This document shows, piece by piece, positions 55,076 to 64,000 of a stretch of DNA of 64,000 bases. Under the pieces are notes generated by a model. It searched no databases. It saw only the letters and a list, made by a program, of their open reading frames with translations, and was not told where the DNA came from. How positions within the stretch are numbered: position 1 is the first letter of the stretch; every line of letters starts with the position of its first letter. The stretch is from the NCBI GenBank assembly GCA_001468925.1, contig LDIX01000004.1, positions 77,715 to 141,714 of the forward strand, read 5' to 3'. The stretch comes from a candidate division TM6 bacterium UASB340. GTDB lineage: Bacteria > Babelota > Babeliae > Babelales > UASB340. The translations under genes and the position numbers were made by a program.

Positions 55076-55600
55076 TTAAAATGGTAAATCGTCTTCAAAT
55101 GGCTCTTCATCTTTAAGTTTAACTTCGCCTGTTGATTCAGAATCTTCTATAGTCTTAGATTTTCTTTTAGAAGGCTTCTCTTCAGATGAAGATTTTGCAT
55201 GTCTTTCCGTTATCTCTTCTAATTGATTGGCTGTGGCAACAACTTCTTCAGTTGAAACTCCAGCCTGATTTGCACCTAAAAATGTAACTCTGTCGGCAAC
55301 GATTCCATGTTTACTTCTTTTTTGGCCATCATTATCTGTCCATGAATCAAGTTTTAATCTACCTTCAACCAAAACTAAGCTGCCCTTTTTTAAATATTGG
55401 TTTGAACTTTCAGCCTGAGGTCCCCAAACATCAACATCAACAAAACAAACTTCCTGAATCATCGAACCGGTTTGTTTATTTTTAAATTGTCTGTTTGACG
55501 CAAGACCAAGTCTGCAAACAGCCTGACCGGAAGTTAACTGTTTGTATTCCGGATCTCTTGTTAAATTCCCCATCATTATTATACGATTATAACTTGCCAT
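55076..55600 (-). CDS. ssb: Single-stranded DNA-binding protein
   Basis: NRIIMMGNLTRDPE OB-fold and the acidic tail ending DDLPF. Confidence 0.93.
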   Translation of the reverse strand: MASYNRIIMMGNLTRDPEYKQLTSGQAVCRLGLASNRQFKNKQTGSMIQEVCFVDVDVWGPQAESSNQYLKKGSLVLVEGRLKLDSWTDNDGQKRSKHGIVADRVTFLGANQAGVSTEEVVATANQLEEITERHAKSSSEEKPSKRKSKTIEDSESTGEVKLKDEEPFEDDLPF

Positions 55601-55688
55601 AAATTTTCCTTTTAATTAATTAAATTAGATAATACAAAAATTAGTTGTAGATTTTAACAGCCAAAAAAATTTTTTACAAACATTTATT

Positions 55689-56795
55689 TTAACAACATTC
55701 ACGTTGACATAAATTTTTTTTAATTTTTTCTAAATCTTTTTTTATTTCAAAATAGTAATCCTGTTTATTTATAAAAGAATTATGAAGCTTATCAACTTCA
55801 TTTGCTATTAAATTTTCTTTACAATCACCTTGTATAAATTCTTTAAAAACAATTTTTTTTGAAAATAAATTAGGTAGTCCCATGCATTTTATATTTACAA
55901 CTAACTTGGCAATGAGGTATGTAAGCCATGATGTTTTGTAAATTATAATTGATGGTACACCAAGTAAAGCCAACTCCAAAGAAACCGTTCCTGGTTTTGT
56001 AATTGCCAAAATAGATTGCTTAAGTTCTTTTTTCTTTTCGTCTTCGTCTAAAATAAAAATTATATTTTGCATGTAATTTTTTAAATTATTTTTAATTAAT
56101 TCTGTTTTTACAAAATTAATATCTAGAGATCTTGCTATTGGCAATACTATTTTTATTTCAGGGTAATTTATTAATATTTTTTTTATTAAATTAACAAAAA
56201 ATGGCATTAATTTTACAATCTCTTGTTTTCTCGATCCCGGCAATATTGCAATTTGATTTTTAACTTTCAGATCAGAATAAATAAAAGTTTTTAAATTTTC
56301 ACATAATGGGTTACCCAAAAACTGTGCATCTAGCCCTCTGTCTTTATACCATTCAACTTCAAATGGGTACATAACAATTAAATTATCACAATATTTTTTC
56401 AATTTTTTAATTCTATACTCACCCCAAATCCAAACTTGCGGCGGCGATACATAAGTAATTTTTATTTTTTTATTTTTTTTCTTTATTGCTTTTGCAAGAA
56501 TTAAATTAAATCCTGGAAAGTCTACAAGAATTAATTCGTCAAAATTATTTTCTAAAATATAATTAGTTATTTTTTTTAAGTAACTAAAAATAAATTTAAG
56601 TTTTCCCAAAATTTCTACAACACCTACAATATTTAATTTATTAAAATCGTCATAAATTATAGCGCCGGCTTGTTGTAAATTTTGTCCACCAACGGCATAA
56701 GCCACAATCTCTTCTTTTTCTTTTATTTTATTTAAATACCACCCTGCTGTAATATCGCCGGAAAGTTCTCCGGTAACTATAAATATTTTTTTCAT
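55689..56795 (-). CDS. lpxB: Lipid-A-disaccharide synthase
   Basis: MKKIFIVTGELSGDITAG, VDFPGFNL, YVSPPQVWIWGEYRIKK, TKPGTVSLELALLGVP. Confidence 0.85.
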   Translation of the reverse strand: MKKIFIVTGELSGDITAGWYLNKIKEKEEIVAYAVGGQNLQQAGAIIYDDFNKLNIVGVVEILGKLKFIFSYLKKITNYILENNFDELILVDFPGFNLILAKAIKKKNKKIKITYVSPPQVWIWGEYRIKKLKKYCDNLIVMYPFEVEWYKDRGLDAQFLGNPLCENLKTFIYSDLKVKNQIAILPGSRKQEIVKLMPFFVNLIKKILINYPEIKIVLPIARSLDINFVKTELIKNNLKNYMQNIIFILDEDEKKKELKQSILAITKPGTVSLELALLGVPSIIIYKTSWLTYLIAKLVVNIKCMGLPNLFSKKIVFKEFIQGDCKENLIANEVDKLHNSFINKQDYYFEIKKDLEKIKKNLCQRECC

Positions 56796-56800
56796 GTTAA

Positions 56801-57253
56801 TTATAATTCTTCTATGCTTTCACTTTTAGGTAAAACATTACCATTATCGATTTCTTTAACTGCACTTGCCGGAATATCTTTTAACGTATAACTTTTATAT
56901 TTTTTTCTCACAAAAATATTTTTCGTTTCGTCTTCTTCATACAATACAAACATATTTTCGTCGACAATTTTTAATAAATAAGAGACAACCAAAAGCGACC
57001 CTAAAGTTATTTTTTTATTTTCTAAAAAAAATTCTTTTGGCTTTTCATACATATAAAAAACTAAATTTTCTAAAAAAGTTTTGTCTTTTTCTGTTAAAAT
57101 ATCCGTATCTATTTGTTGTTCCAAACTTACCTGATCCGGTAATAAATCTTGCTGTATATAATTTTCAGCCGATAAATTTAATTTAAAAATTAAAACTAAA
57201 ATTAAAATAAATTTAAAAATTTTATTCATATTATTTTTTAACTCTTTAAGCAA
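56801..57253 (-). CDS. Hypothetical secreted protein
   Basis: 150 aa with signal-like NMNKIFKFILILVLIFKLNLSA. Confidence 0.45.
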   Translation of the reverse strand: MLKELKNNMNKIFKFILILVLIFKLNLSAENYIQQDLLPDQVSLEQQIDTDILTEKDKTFLENLVFYMYEKPKEFFLENKKITLGSLLVVSYLLKIVDENMFVLYEEDETKNIFVRKKYKSYTLKDIPASAVKEIDNGNVLPKSESIEEL

Positions 57254-58269
57254 AAATCTTTATTTAAATCTTCTTTTATTTTATTTATAGCATCAAGCTG
57301 GGTTTTTAGTTTTATATTAATATTTTGCACAAGACCTAAACTTGTTCCTAACTGTCCCCTACTTGCCTTTTTGAAGGGTTTATCATTATCAATAATCCCT
57401 TCAACTTTTGAAAACATATTTTTTTGAATTTCTGCAATTTGAATTTGTAAATCACCAATAATTTTATTAATTTCACCTATTTTTTTATTTAATTCAGACA
57501 AATTATTTAAATTTTCTTTTATACTTAACCCTATGTCTTCTTTAATTTCAGCTTTCGACGAATTTTTATTATTTTTTGTTTCCGTTATTACAAAATTATC
57601 TGCAAATAAATTTAAATTCATAAAAAACAAAATAAATAAAAATAAATATTTAAAACCTATTTTCACATATTGTAAAAAAGCTACAACAGAAAAAATTGTA
57701 ATTAAAATTAATAAGATATAATAAGTTTTTGCAGGAGCCCACCCCATAAAACTACAAATAAAAATCCATGAAATAAATAAACACTGAAAAAGTGTGGTCG
57801 CTTTACCCCAAATTGTTGGCTGTACTCTAAATTGTATATTTTTATTCATAAGAAAAAATGATCCTAACAATATTGCAAATTCTCGCATTAAAAGTAAAAA
57901 TACAAACCAACCGGGAATAGCATATAAAGGTGAATTCAAAAAAGCCAACGATGTAAAAACAGAAATTAACAATAACTTATCTGCTATTGGATCTAAAAGC
58001 TTACCTAGATAAGTTTCCTGATTTAAATACCTTGCCAAAAATCCGTCAAACAAATCGGTTAACGCTGAAATTGCAAATAAAATAAATGCTTTTGTCCATT
58101 CCATTTTATATATATTAATTACTATAAATGGCGTTAACAATATTCGACCAATGGTTAAAAAATTAGAAACAGTCCACCAATTTTTATCTTTAAAAATGTT
58201 TTTAAATCTATTCATAAATGTCCAATTTTTAAAAAAATTTAAATTAAATTTATATTTATTATAGTACAA
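57238..58269 (-). CDS. pgsA: CDP-alcohol phosphatidyltransferase (PgsA-like) with a ~140-aa C-terminal coiled-coil extension
   Basis: NFLTIGRILLTPF and DLFDGFLARYLNQETYLGKLLDPIADKLL (D-G-x2-A-R...G-x3-D-x3-D). Beyond about residue 205 there is a hydrophobic segment, then a coiled-coil tail. Confidence 0.75.
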   Translation of the reverse strand: MYYNKYKFNLNFFKNWTFMNRFKNIFKDKNWWTVSNFLTIGRILLTPFIVINIYKMEWTKAFILFAISALTDLFDGFLARYLNQETYLGKLLDPIADKLLLISVFTSLAFLNSPLYAIPGWFVFLLLMREFAILLGSFFLMNKNIQFRVQPTIWGKATTLFQCLFISWIFICSFMGWAPAKTYYILLILITIFSVVAFLQYVKIGFKYLFLFILFFMNLNLFADNFVITETKNNKNSSKAEIKEDIGLSIKENLNNLSELNKKIGEINKIIGDLQIQIAEIQKNMFSKVEGIIDNDKPFKKASRGQLGTSLGLVQNINIKLKTQLDAINKIKEDLNKDFCLKS

Positions 58270-58426
58270 AAATATAGCCTTTGGGTCTAATAATTAAGAC
58301 ATAATCAAAAAATAACTAAGTTTATTTGTACAAAGTTTCATAATAACATGATAAATTAGCTTCTTTAATATTACAATTTATGTTAGGTTTTATAACCTAA
58401 TATAAAATATTTTTGAAGGGTCTATC

Positions 58427-59626
58427 GTGTTAAAAAATATAAGAATCATTAATATTTATCTAATACTATTTTTTTTATTTAACAATTTAAAAGCCAATTT
58501 CAAATATGATTTTGGAGAATATAATGAACCAATATATAGCTCTCAAAAAGGCGCCATAAAAGATGCTCTAGGAATTTATCACAATGAAAATCAAGAACCT
58601 TTTACACTCCAAGAAGAAATATTTTTTCAAGCAAAAGAAAATAACAAAAGCTTAAACGATTCCGAACTTTTTGATCGAAATTTTTTAAAAAACAATATAT
58701 TTCAAGTACATGAGACTTTAGTAAATAATTACAATGGGCAAGAAGTAATAATTACAACTCAAGATAATATAGAAATTAATTGTCTATATTTTAACAGAAA
58801 CTCTGACAATTTAATTGTAGTTGGCGCTGGTTTTACAAATGCAAAAGAATTAATGGCTCCATTTATAAATATGTTTCCTAATTATGACATAGTCTTATTT
58901 GATTACAGAGGCCATGGTATTAATCAAAAAGACATTTCTGTTTGGTATAAACCATTAACAAAAGTAAAAAAATATATAAATAAAGCTTTTGGCGTTGATA
59001 CAAATATTACAAGAATGGCCAGTATGGAAGATTTAGATGTTACAGCTGTTGTTGAATATTTTAAGTATAATAACAATAAAAAATACACTTGTGTTACAGG
59101 TTTAGGCATTTGCTATTCAGCTTTAATATTTTTACAAGCTCAAGCATTACATAGAACTAAAAAACTCTTTGATAAAATTATTTTAGATGGTTGCTGGTTA
59201 TCTCTAAAAAAATTTGTAACAAAATTGTCGCAAGACCCAAAACTACTAATATCCCCACAATTTGGCGGCTTGCAATATACATATCCATTTAATCAAAAAT
59301 GGTTTCAAAAAGGTTTTCGAATAATGGCGCCAATAGTACTCAATATTGATTATGAAAATTCAAATCTTAATAATTTACTAACATTTATAACAAATACACC
59401 AATTTTATATTTTTACGGCAAAAATGATTTAACAATAGATAGAACAGATTTTGAAACTATTTTTAATGGGCTTAGCGCCTCTGAAAATAGAAACGCAATA
59501 ACCGCAATAATAACACCAATACCACATGTCAGAAATCATTTATGGATAAAAGAATTCTATAAATTCGCATGCGATAATTTTATAGAATTAGATAATAATG
59601 CTTTTATAAAAAAATTACGTGGTTAA
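58427..59626 (+). CDS. Secreted alpha/beta-hydrolase-fold protein, possibly with a Cys nucleophile
   Basis: GTG start after GAAGGG. Signal-like IINIYLILFFLFNNLKA. Elbow-like TGLGICYSA, YGKNDLTID, and PIPHV near the C-terminus. Confidence 0.55.
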   Translation: MLKNIRIINIYLILFFLFNNLKANFKYDFGEYNEPIYSSQKGAIKDALGIYHNENQEPFTLQEEIFFQAKENNKSLNDSELFDRNFLKNNIFQVHETLVNNYNGQEVIITTQDNIEINCLYFNRNSDNLIVVGAGFTNAKELMAPFINMFPNYDIVLFDYRGHGINQKDISVWYKPLTKVKKYINKAFGVDTNITRMASMEDLDVTAVVEYFKYNNNKKYTCVTGLGICYSALIFLQAQALHRTKKLFDKIILDGCWLSLKKFVTKLSQDPKLLISPQFGGLQYTYPFNQKWFQKGFRIMAPIVLNIDYENSNLNNLLTFITNTPILYFYGKNDLTIDRTDFETIFNGLSASENRNAITAIITPIPHVRNHLWIKEFYKFACDNFIELDNNAFIKKLRG

Positions 59627-59628
59627 TA

Positions 59629-60486
59629 TTATTTTATCATAGCTCTTAATTTTGCAATTCTTTTTTCCATTGGTGGATGTGTTGAAAAAAGTGCAAATAA
59701 ATTACTACCACTAAATGGATATACTATAAAAAGTGATGCGGTGCTGGCTTGCGCATTAGAAATAGGCTCAACCATTCTTTTTGTCGCACTATTTTGTAAC
59801 TTTTCCAACGCTGATGCCAAAGAAAGAGGATCATAAGAAATTTTTGCACCGGTTTCATCAGCTAAATATTCTCTAGATCTTGAAATAGCAAGTTGAATTA
59901 AAGTAGCCGCAATAGGCATTAAAATAGCAACAAGAATAGCACTTAATCCTGCGCCCCTATCTCTTGAATCTCTGCTACTTGAAAAAATAAAACTCCAACG
60001 AAGCATATCTGCCAAATACGCAATTGCCATAGCTACTGTAGCAGCAATTGTTGCAATTAAAATATCTCTATTTTTTATATGTGATAATTCGTGAGCCAAA
60101 ACTCCTCTTAACTCATGTTCATCTAAAATTTCCAATATACCTTTAGTAACAGCAACTGAAGCATTTTCCGGATTTCTTCCGGTAGCAAAAGCATTCGCCA
60201 TTGAACTGTCAATATAAAAAAGTTTAGGCATTGGAATTTTAGCATTTATTGAAAGCTCATGAACTATATCATAAATATTTTTGTATTTATTTTCATCCAA
60301 AGGAACAGCTTTATATAATTTTAAAACTATTTTGTCTGAAAAAAAATAGGTTATAAAATTCATAAAAATAGATATTGCAAATGCAAAAATTAAACCGTTT
60401 CGACCGCCGATCCAAAAACTAATTAAAAATAAAATTGCACTTAATGAAGCTAAAAATATAACTGTTTTCAATTGATTCCAAAACAT
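59629..60486 (-). CDS. htpX: Membrane zinc protease HtpX (M48)
   Basis: VLAHELSHIKNRD (HEXXH), EYLADETGA, 4 TM segments. Confidence 0.92.
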   Translation of the reverse strand: MFWNQLKTVIFLASLSAILFLISFWIGGRNGLIFAFAISIFMNFITYFFSDKIVLKLYKAVPLDENKYKNIYDIVHELSINAKIPMPKLFYIDSSMANAFATGRNPENASVAVTKGILEILDEHELRGVLAHELSHIKNRDILIATIAATVAMAIAYLADMLRWSFIFSSSRDSRDRGAGLSAILVAILMPIAATLIQLAISRSREYLADETGAKISYDPLSLASALEKLQNSATKRMVEPISNAQASTASLFIVYPFSGSNLFALFSTHPPMEKRIAKLRAMIK

Positions 60487-60501
60487 ATAAAACTCCTAAG
60501 T

Positions 60502-60960
60502 CTAATCTTTATCTTCGTATTCAATTTCCCAATCATTAAAATCTTTTGAATCATGGTCATCACTATCAGTAGCTTTATCGTCATCACAACCGCATTCTTT
60601 TTTCATATCCAAAAGTATTTTTCCGTCTTTATCCATTTCACTTTTTATCAGATTCTTTTCTGCATCAAGCTGTACTTGAGCTGTTTCAAAAAGCTTATTC
60701 ATCTCTTCTTGCATTTTTTTCATTTTGCCCTGAAGTTTTAATATCATTTGAACTCCTGCAATATTCACACCCATTTTATGCGTAAGATTTATAACATGTT
60801 CCAATCTGTCTACATCTTCTTCAGAAAAAAGTCGAGTATTTCCTTCTGTTCTTTTAGGACAAATAAGACCTTCTTTTTCGTACATTCTTATCGTTTGTTG
60901 ATGAACCGCAAACATTTTTGACACTACCGAAATAGAATAAAAACCCTTACGTCTTTTCAT
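60502..60960 (-). CDS. hspR: MerR-family heat-shock regulator, HspR-like
   Basis: YSISVVSKMFAVHQQTIRMYEKEGLICPKRTEGNTRLFSEEDVDRLEHVINLTHKMGVNIAGVQMILKL matches the HspR-type MerR HTH. Acidic C-terminal tail. Confidence 0.75.
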   Translation of the reverse strand: MKRRKGFYSISVVSKMFAVHQQTIRMYEKEGLICPKRTEGNTRLFSEEDVDRLEHVINLTHKMGVNIAGVQMILKLQGKMKKMQEEMNKLFETAQVQLDAEKNLIKSEMDKDGKILLDMKKECGCDDDKATDSDDHDSKDFNDWEIEYEDKD

Positions 60961-60970
60961 ACAGCAAACC

Positions 60971-62809
60971 TCACTCTTCTGTTTTTAAAATAGTTAAAAA
61001 AGCTTCTTGAGGAAGCTCAACATTACCAACCTGTTTCATCTTTTTCTTACCCTCTTTTTGTTTTTCCAAAAGCTTGCGCTTTCTTGTTATATCACCGCCA
61101 TAACATTTTGCTATAACATTTTTTCTTAATGCTGAAACAGACTCTCTAGCTATAATTTTTGCACCTATTGCGGCTTGAATTGCAACTTCAAACATTTGTC
61201 TTGGGATTACTGATCTTAATTTTTGTGTTAGCTGACGGCCTAAATAATAAGCTTTATCTTCATGCACAATAACAGATAATGCATCAACAGCTTTACCATT
61301 TAAAAGCACATTCATTTTTACCAAATTTGCATCCTGAAATCCGGCAGGTTCATAGTCAAAGCTTGCATATCCGGATGAATATGTTTTTAATTTATCATAA
61401 AAATCTATAATAATTTCATTTAAAGGCATTTTATATCTTAATATAATTCTATTTTCATCAAGATATGTCATATCGGTTTGTTCACCCCTACGCTCTTGGC
61501 ATAGTTGCAAAATAGGACCTAAATATTCTTTTGGGGTAATTATTGTTGCATTTATCATAGGCTCATAGATGATATCTATTTTGGAAGTTTCCGGAAAATC
61601 TGAAGCTCGTTCTATTGAAAATTCAGATCCATCGGTTTGTTTAATTCTATACAACACAGTAGGTGAAGTTGCTATAATTGTAAGTCCATATTCTTGTTCA
61701 AGTCTTTGCTTAAATACATCCATATGTAAAAGCCCTAAAAAGCCACATCGAAATCCAAGACCAAGAGCCACGGAACTCTCTTTTTCTACATGTACGCTTG
61801 GATCATTTAATGTTAATTTTTCAATAGCATCACGAACATCTTCATAATCCGAATTATCAACCGGGTAAATACCAGCAAAAACCATAGGCTTTGCAGGTTT
61901 GAAACCAGGCAACGCTACAACAGGTTTTTTAGTATGATAAAAAGTATCGCCAACTCGAGCTTCTTTAACTGTCTTCATACCAGAAATTAAAAAACCAACC
62001 TGACCTGTAAATAAATTTCCGGTAACGGTTGGCTCCGGATACATCAATCCAATATCCAAAACTTCATATTCAAGGCCTGAGTGCGCAGATACAATCTTGT
62101 CACCCTTTGCTATCGATCCATCTATAACTTCAATTAAACAAATCACCCCACGATATTCATCATACCAGGAATCAAATAATAAACATTTTAGCGGATTACT
62201 TTCATTTCCCTTTGGGGCAGGAATACGTTTTACAATTTCAGTAAAAAGATCTTTAACTCCAACACCTGTTTTTGCCGAAATACGTAAAACTTCCGATTTA
62301 TCTATATCAAAAGCAGTTTTTAATTCACGCTCAACAACTTCAGGCTGAGCATTAATCATATCTATTTTATTCATAACGGGAATAATTATTAAATCTTGCT
62401 CAAAAGCAAGATAGAAATTTGCCATAGTTTGAGCTTGAACACCTTGCGCCGCATCTACCAATAATAATGCTCCCTGGCAAGCATACAAAGATCTTGAAAC
62501 CTCATAGTTAAAATCAACATGGCCCGGAGTATCAATCAAATTTAATAAATAAGTTTGACCTTCATATTCATAAAAAAGAGATGCCGTTTGAGCTTTTACA
62601 GTTATACCGCGTTCTTTTTCAACTTGAAGCTTATCCAAAAATTGTTCATTTTTATTTCTATCGGAAATCGTTCCGGCAAGCTCTAACATACGATCTGCAA
62701 GCGTAGATTTGCCATGATCAATATGAGCAATAATGGAAAAATTTCTAATATGCGTTTGTTTAAAATTTTTTAAATCTATAGTTTTTAAATCTTTATAAGC
62801 CATAATCAA
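60971..62809 (-). CDS. lepA: Translation elongation factor 4 (LepA)
   Basis: IRNFSIIAHIDHGKSTLADR, DTPGHVDF, NKID, and the C-terminal LepA_C region. Confidence 0.97.
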   Translation of the reverse strand: MIMAYKDLKTIDLKNFKQTHIRNFSIIAHIDHGKSTLADRMLELAGTISDRNKNEQFLDKLQVEKERGITVKAQTASLFYEYEGQTYLLNLIDTPGHVDFNYEVSRSLYACQGALLLVDAAQGVQAQTMANFYLAFEQDLIIIPVMNKIDMINAQPEVVERELKTAFDIDKSEVLRISAKTGVGVKDLFTEIVKRIPAPKGNESNPLKCLLFDSWYDEYRGVICLIEVIDGSIAKGDKIVSAHSGLEYEVLDIGLMYPEPTVTGNLFTGQVGFLISGMKTVKEARVGDTFYHTKKPVVALPGFKPAKPMVFAGIYPVDNSDYEDVRDAIEKLTLNDPSVHVEKESSVALGLGFRCGFLGLLHMDVFKQRLEQEYGLTIIATSPTVLYRIKQTDGSEFSIERASDFPETSKIDIIYEPMINATIITPKEYLGPILQLCQERRGEQTDMTYLDENRIILRYKMPLNEIIIDFYDKLKTYSSGYASFDYEPAGFQDANLVKMNVLLNGKAVDALSVIVHEDKAYYLGRQLTQKLRSVIPRQMFEVAIQAAIGAKIIARESVSALRKNVIAKCYGGDITRKRKLLEKQKEGKKKMKQVGNVELPQEAFLTILKTEE

Positions 62810-63051
62810 CTTTTTATAAAAAACATTAAATGTTTAACCAAAAATATACCCGCCAATGTTGCTGCAACAGCACCAATATTACCTATAATTATATACCAAA
62901 TTACGGTTTTGTATTCACCGGCTAAAAAAGAACCCAAATAATTTATAAGCAATATATTAAAAGACATCGATAAAGCAATATTATGAGCCATAAAACTTCT
63001 TAATATAGTTCCAAGTATTCTACCAATTGCTATAAATAAAATCTTTAACAT
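62806..63051 (-). CDS. crcB: Short CrcB/FluC-like membrane protein (81 aa, appears truncated or degenerate)
   Basis: AIGRILGTILRSFM and FNILLINYLGSFLAG resemble CrcB TM1/TM2 motifs. Only 3 hydrophobic segments, and the TTFSTF-type motif is absent. Start at Met20 of the track ORF. Confidence 0.4.
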   Translation of the reverse strand: MLKILFIAIGRILGTILRSFMAHNIALSMSFNILLINYLGSFLAGEYKTVIWYIIIGNIGAVAATLAGIFLVKHLMFFIKS

Positions 63052-63058
63052 AACCCAC

Positions 63059-64000
63059 CTACATATGCTCCGGTTTTTCAACACCAAGCAAATCAAGCCC
63101 ACAGACAAAAACCATATTTACTAAATTTAATGTAAACATTCTTGCCTTACTTAAATCTATATTTTCTTTATCTATAACTTTATTACCGGAATAATATGCA
63201 TGAAAAATATTTGCCAACTCGACCATATAATAAGACAATAAATGTGTTTGATATGTTTTTTCTATTGAAATCAATATTTCACCAAAAGCCAAAAGCTTCT
63301 TGATGACATCAAACTCTTGATTACATAAATTATTTAAACAAACATCAACTTCTTTTTTAGATATCTTATTATTTATTAAATTATTTACAAAATCTTTAAA
63401 TTCCAATTCAAGTTCAGCTTTTTTTAATATCGAATTAATTCGCACATATGCATATTGAATATAAAAAACAGGATTTTCGTCTGTTTTTTTTAATGCAACT
63501 GCCAAATCAAACTCCAAATGTGCTTCAGCTTTTCTGTGTAAATAAAAAAATCTGGCTACGTCTTTTCCAACCGTATCTATTATCTCTCTTAAAGTTGTAA
63601 ATTTACCGGCACGCTTTGACATACGCTCAGCTTGTCCTGCATTTTTAATGCTTACGAGCTGATACAGAACAATATCAAGGTTATTTGAATCAAGACCCAG
63701 CGCATCAACTGTAGCTTTAAGCCTATTTACATAACCATGGTGATCTTGACCTAAAATATCTATCAATTTATCAAAACCACGTTCAAATTTATTTTTATGA
63801 TAAGCTATATCTGCAGCAATATATGTAAGTTCTCCGGTGCTTTTTCGAACAACCCTATCTTTGTCATCACCAAAATTTGTAGCTCTGAACCACAAAGCAC
63901 CTTCATTTTCATAGGCAAGATCTTTTTCTTTTAATTCCAGAATAACTTTTTCAACCAAGCCGGAATCATGTAAAGTACGCTCCGAAAACCATTTATCAAA
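63059..64000 (-). CDS. argS: Arginyl-tRNA synthetase, C-terminal part (the gene runs off the right edge)
   Basis: The frame stays open to position 64000 (FDKWFSERTLHDSGLVEKVI...). GALWFRATNFGDDKDRVVRKSTGELTYIAADIAYH and the anticodon-binding DALR-type C-terminus. Confidence 0.9.
   Translation of the reverse strand, partial: FDKWFSERTLHDSGLVEKVILELKEKDLAYENEGALWFRATNFGDDKDRVVRKSTGELTYIAADIAYHKNKFERGFDKLIDILGQDHHGYVNRLKATVDALGLDSNNLDIVLYQLVSIKNAGQAERMSKRAGKFTTLREIIDTVGKDVARFFYLHRKAEAHLEFDLAVALKKTDENPVFYIQYAYVRINSILKKAELELEFKDFVNNLINNKISKKEVDVCLNNLCNQEFDVIKKLLAFGEILISIEKTYQTHLLSYYMVELANIFHAYYSGNKVIDKENIDLSKARMFTLNLVNMVFVCGLDLLGVEKPEHM

Overview
AT-rich (about 28-30% GC by eye), gene-dense bacterial chromosome segment read with the standard code. 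I support about 60 CDS, one tRNA, and several intrinsic terminators and sigma70-like promoters. Most of the window is housekeeping. Replication and repair: dnaN 5' end, dnaA, recA, ssb, xerD, an Ogg2-type glycosylase. Translation: proS, glyQS, argS, infC-rpmI-rplT, rplU, lepA, miaA, tgt, rsmH, tRNA-Gln. RNA decay and division: rny-ymdB, zapA, ftsW, murD, murB, an amidase. Diderm envelope: lpxA, lpxI, lpxB, an LptF/G permease. Stress: dnaK, hspR-htpX. Mixed in are many Asn/Lys-rich orphan proteins with signal peptides. The composition, the orphan secreted proteins, two secreted phosphatases and the archaeal/eukaryote-type ProRS and Ogg2 suggest a reduced, host-associated diderm lineage (possibly Dependentiae/TM6-like). 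That placement is a guess I cannot verify. I recognised no CRISPR array, transposase, prophage, toxin-antitoxin pair or known defence system. The items most worth a second look are: (1) 3642-7486, a pentameric ligand-gated ion channel homologue with an extra polytopic N-terminal module, followed by a secreted fusion of a catalytically dead PPP-phosphatase domain to a type-I periplasmic binding domain. (2) 21682-22929, a 1.25-kb ORF-free island upstream of dnaK. It holds a 55-nt pure A/T tract, ATTGGTT iterations, a roughly 500-nt strongly G-depleted stretch, and a 192-bp C-rich element bounded by 11-bp inverted repeats and 7-bp direct repeats. (3) 25011-25220, a small lipoprotein-like ORF overlapped out of frame by a 23-codon Cys/Lys-rich ORF, where the two frames can only be joined at an A7 tract. 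(4) 27470-30928, tandem secreted paralogues sharing a C-terminal motif. (5) 810-1132, a cluster of GC-rich hairpins that includes a 28-bp inverted pair with a compensatory stem change.
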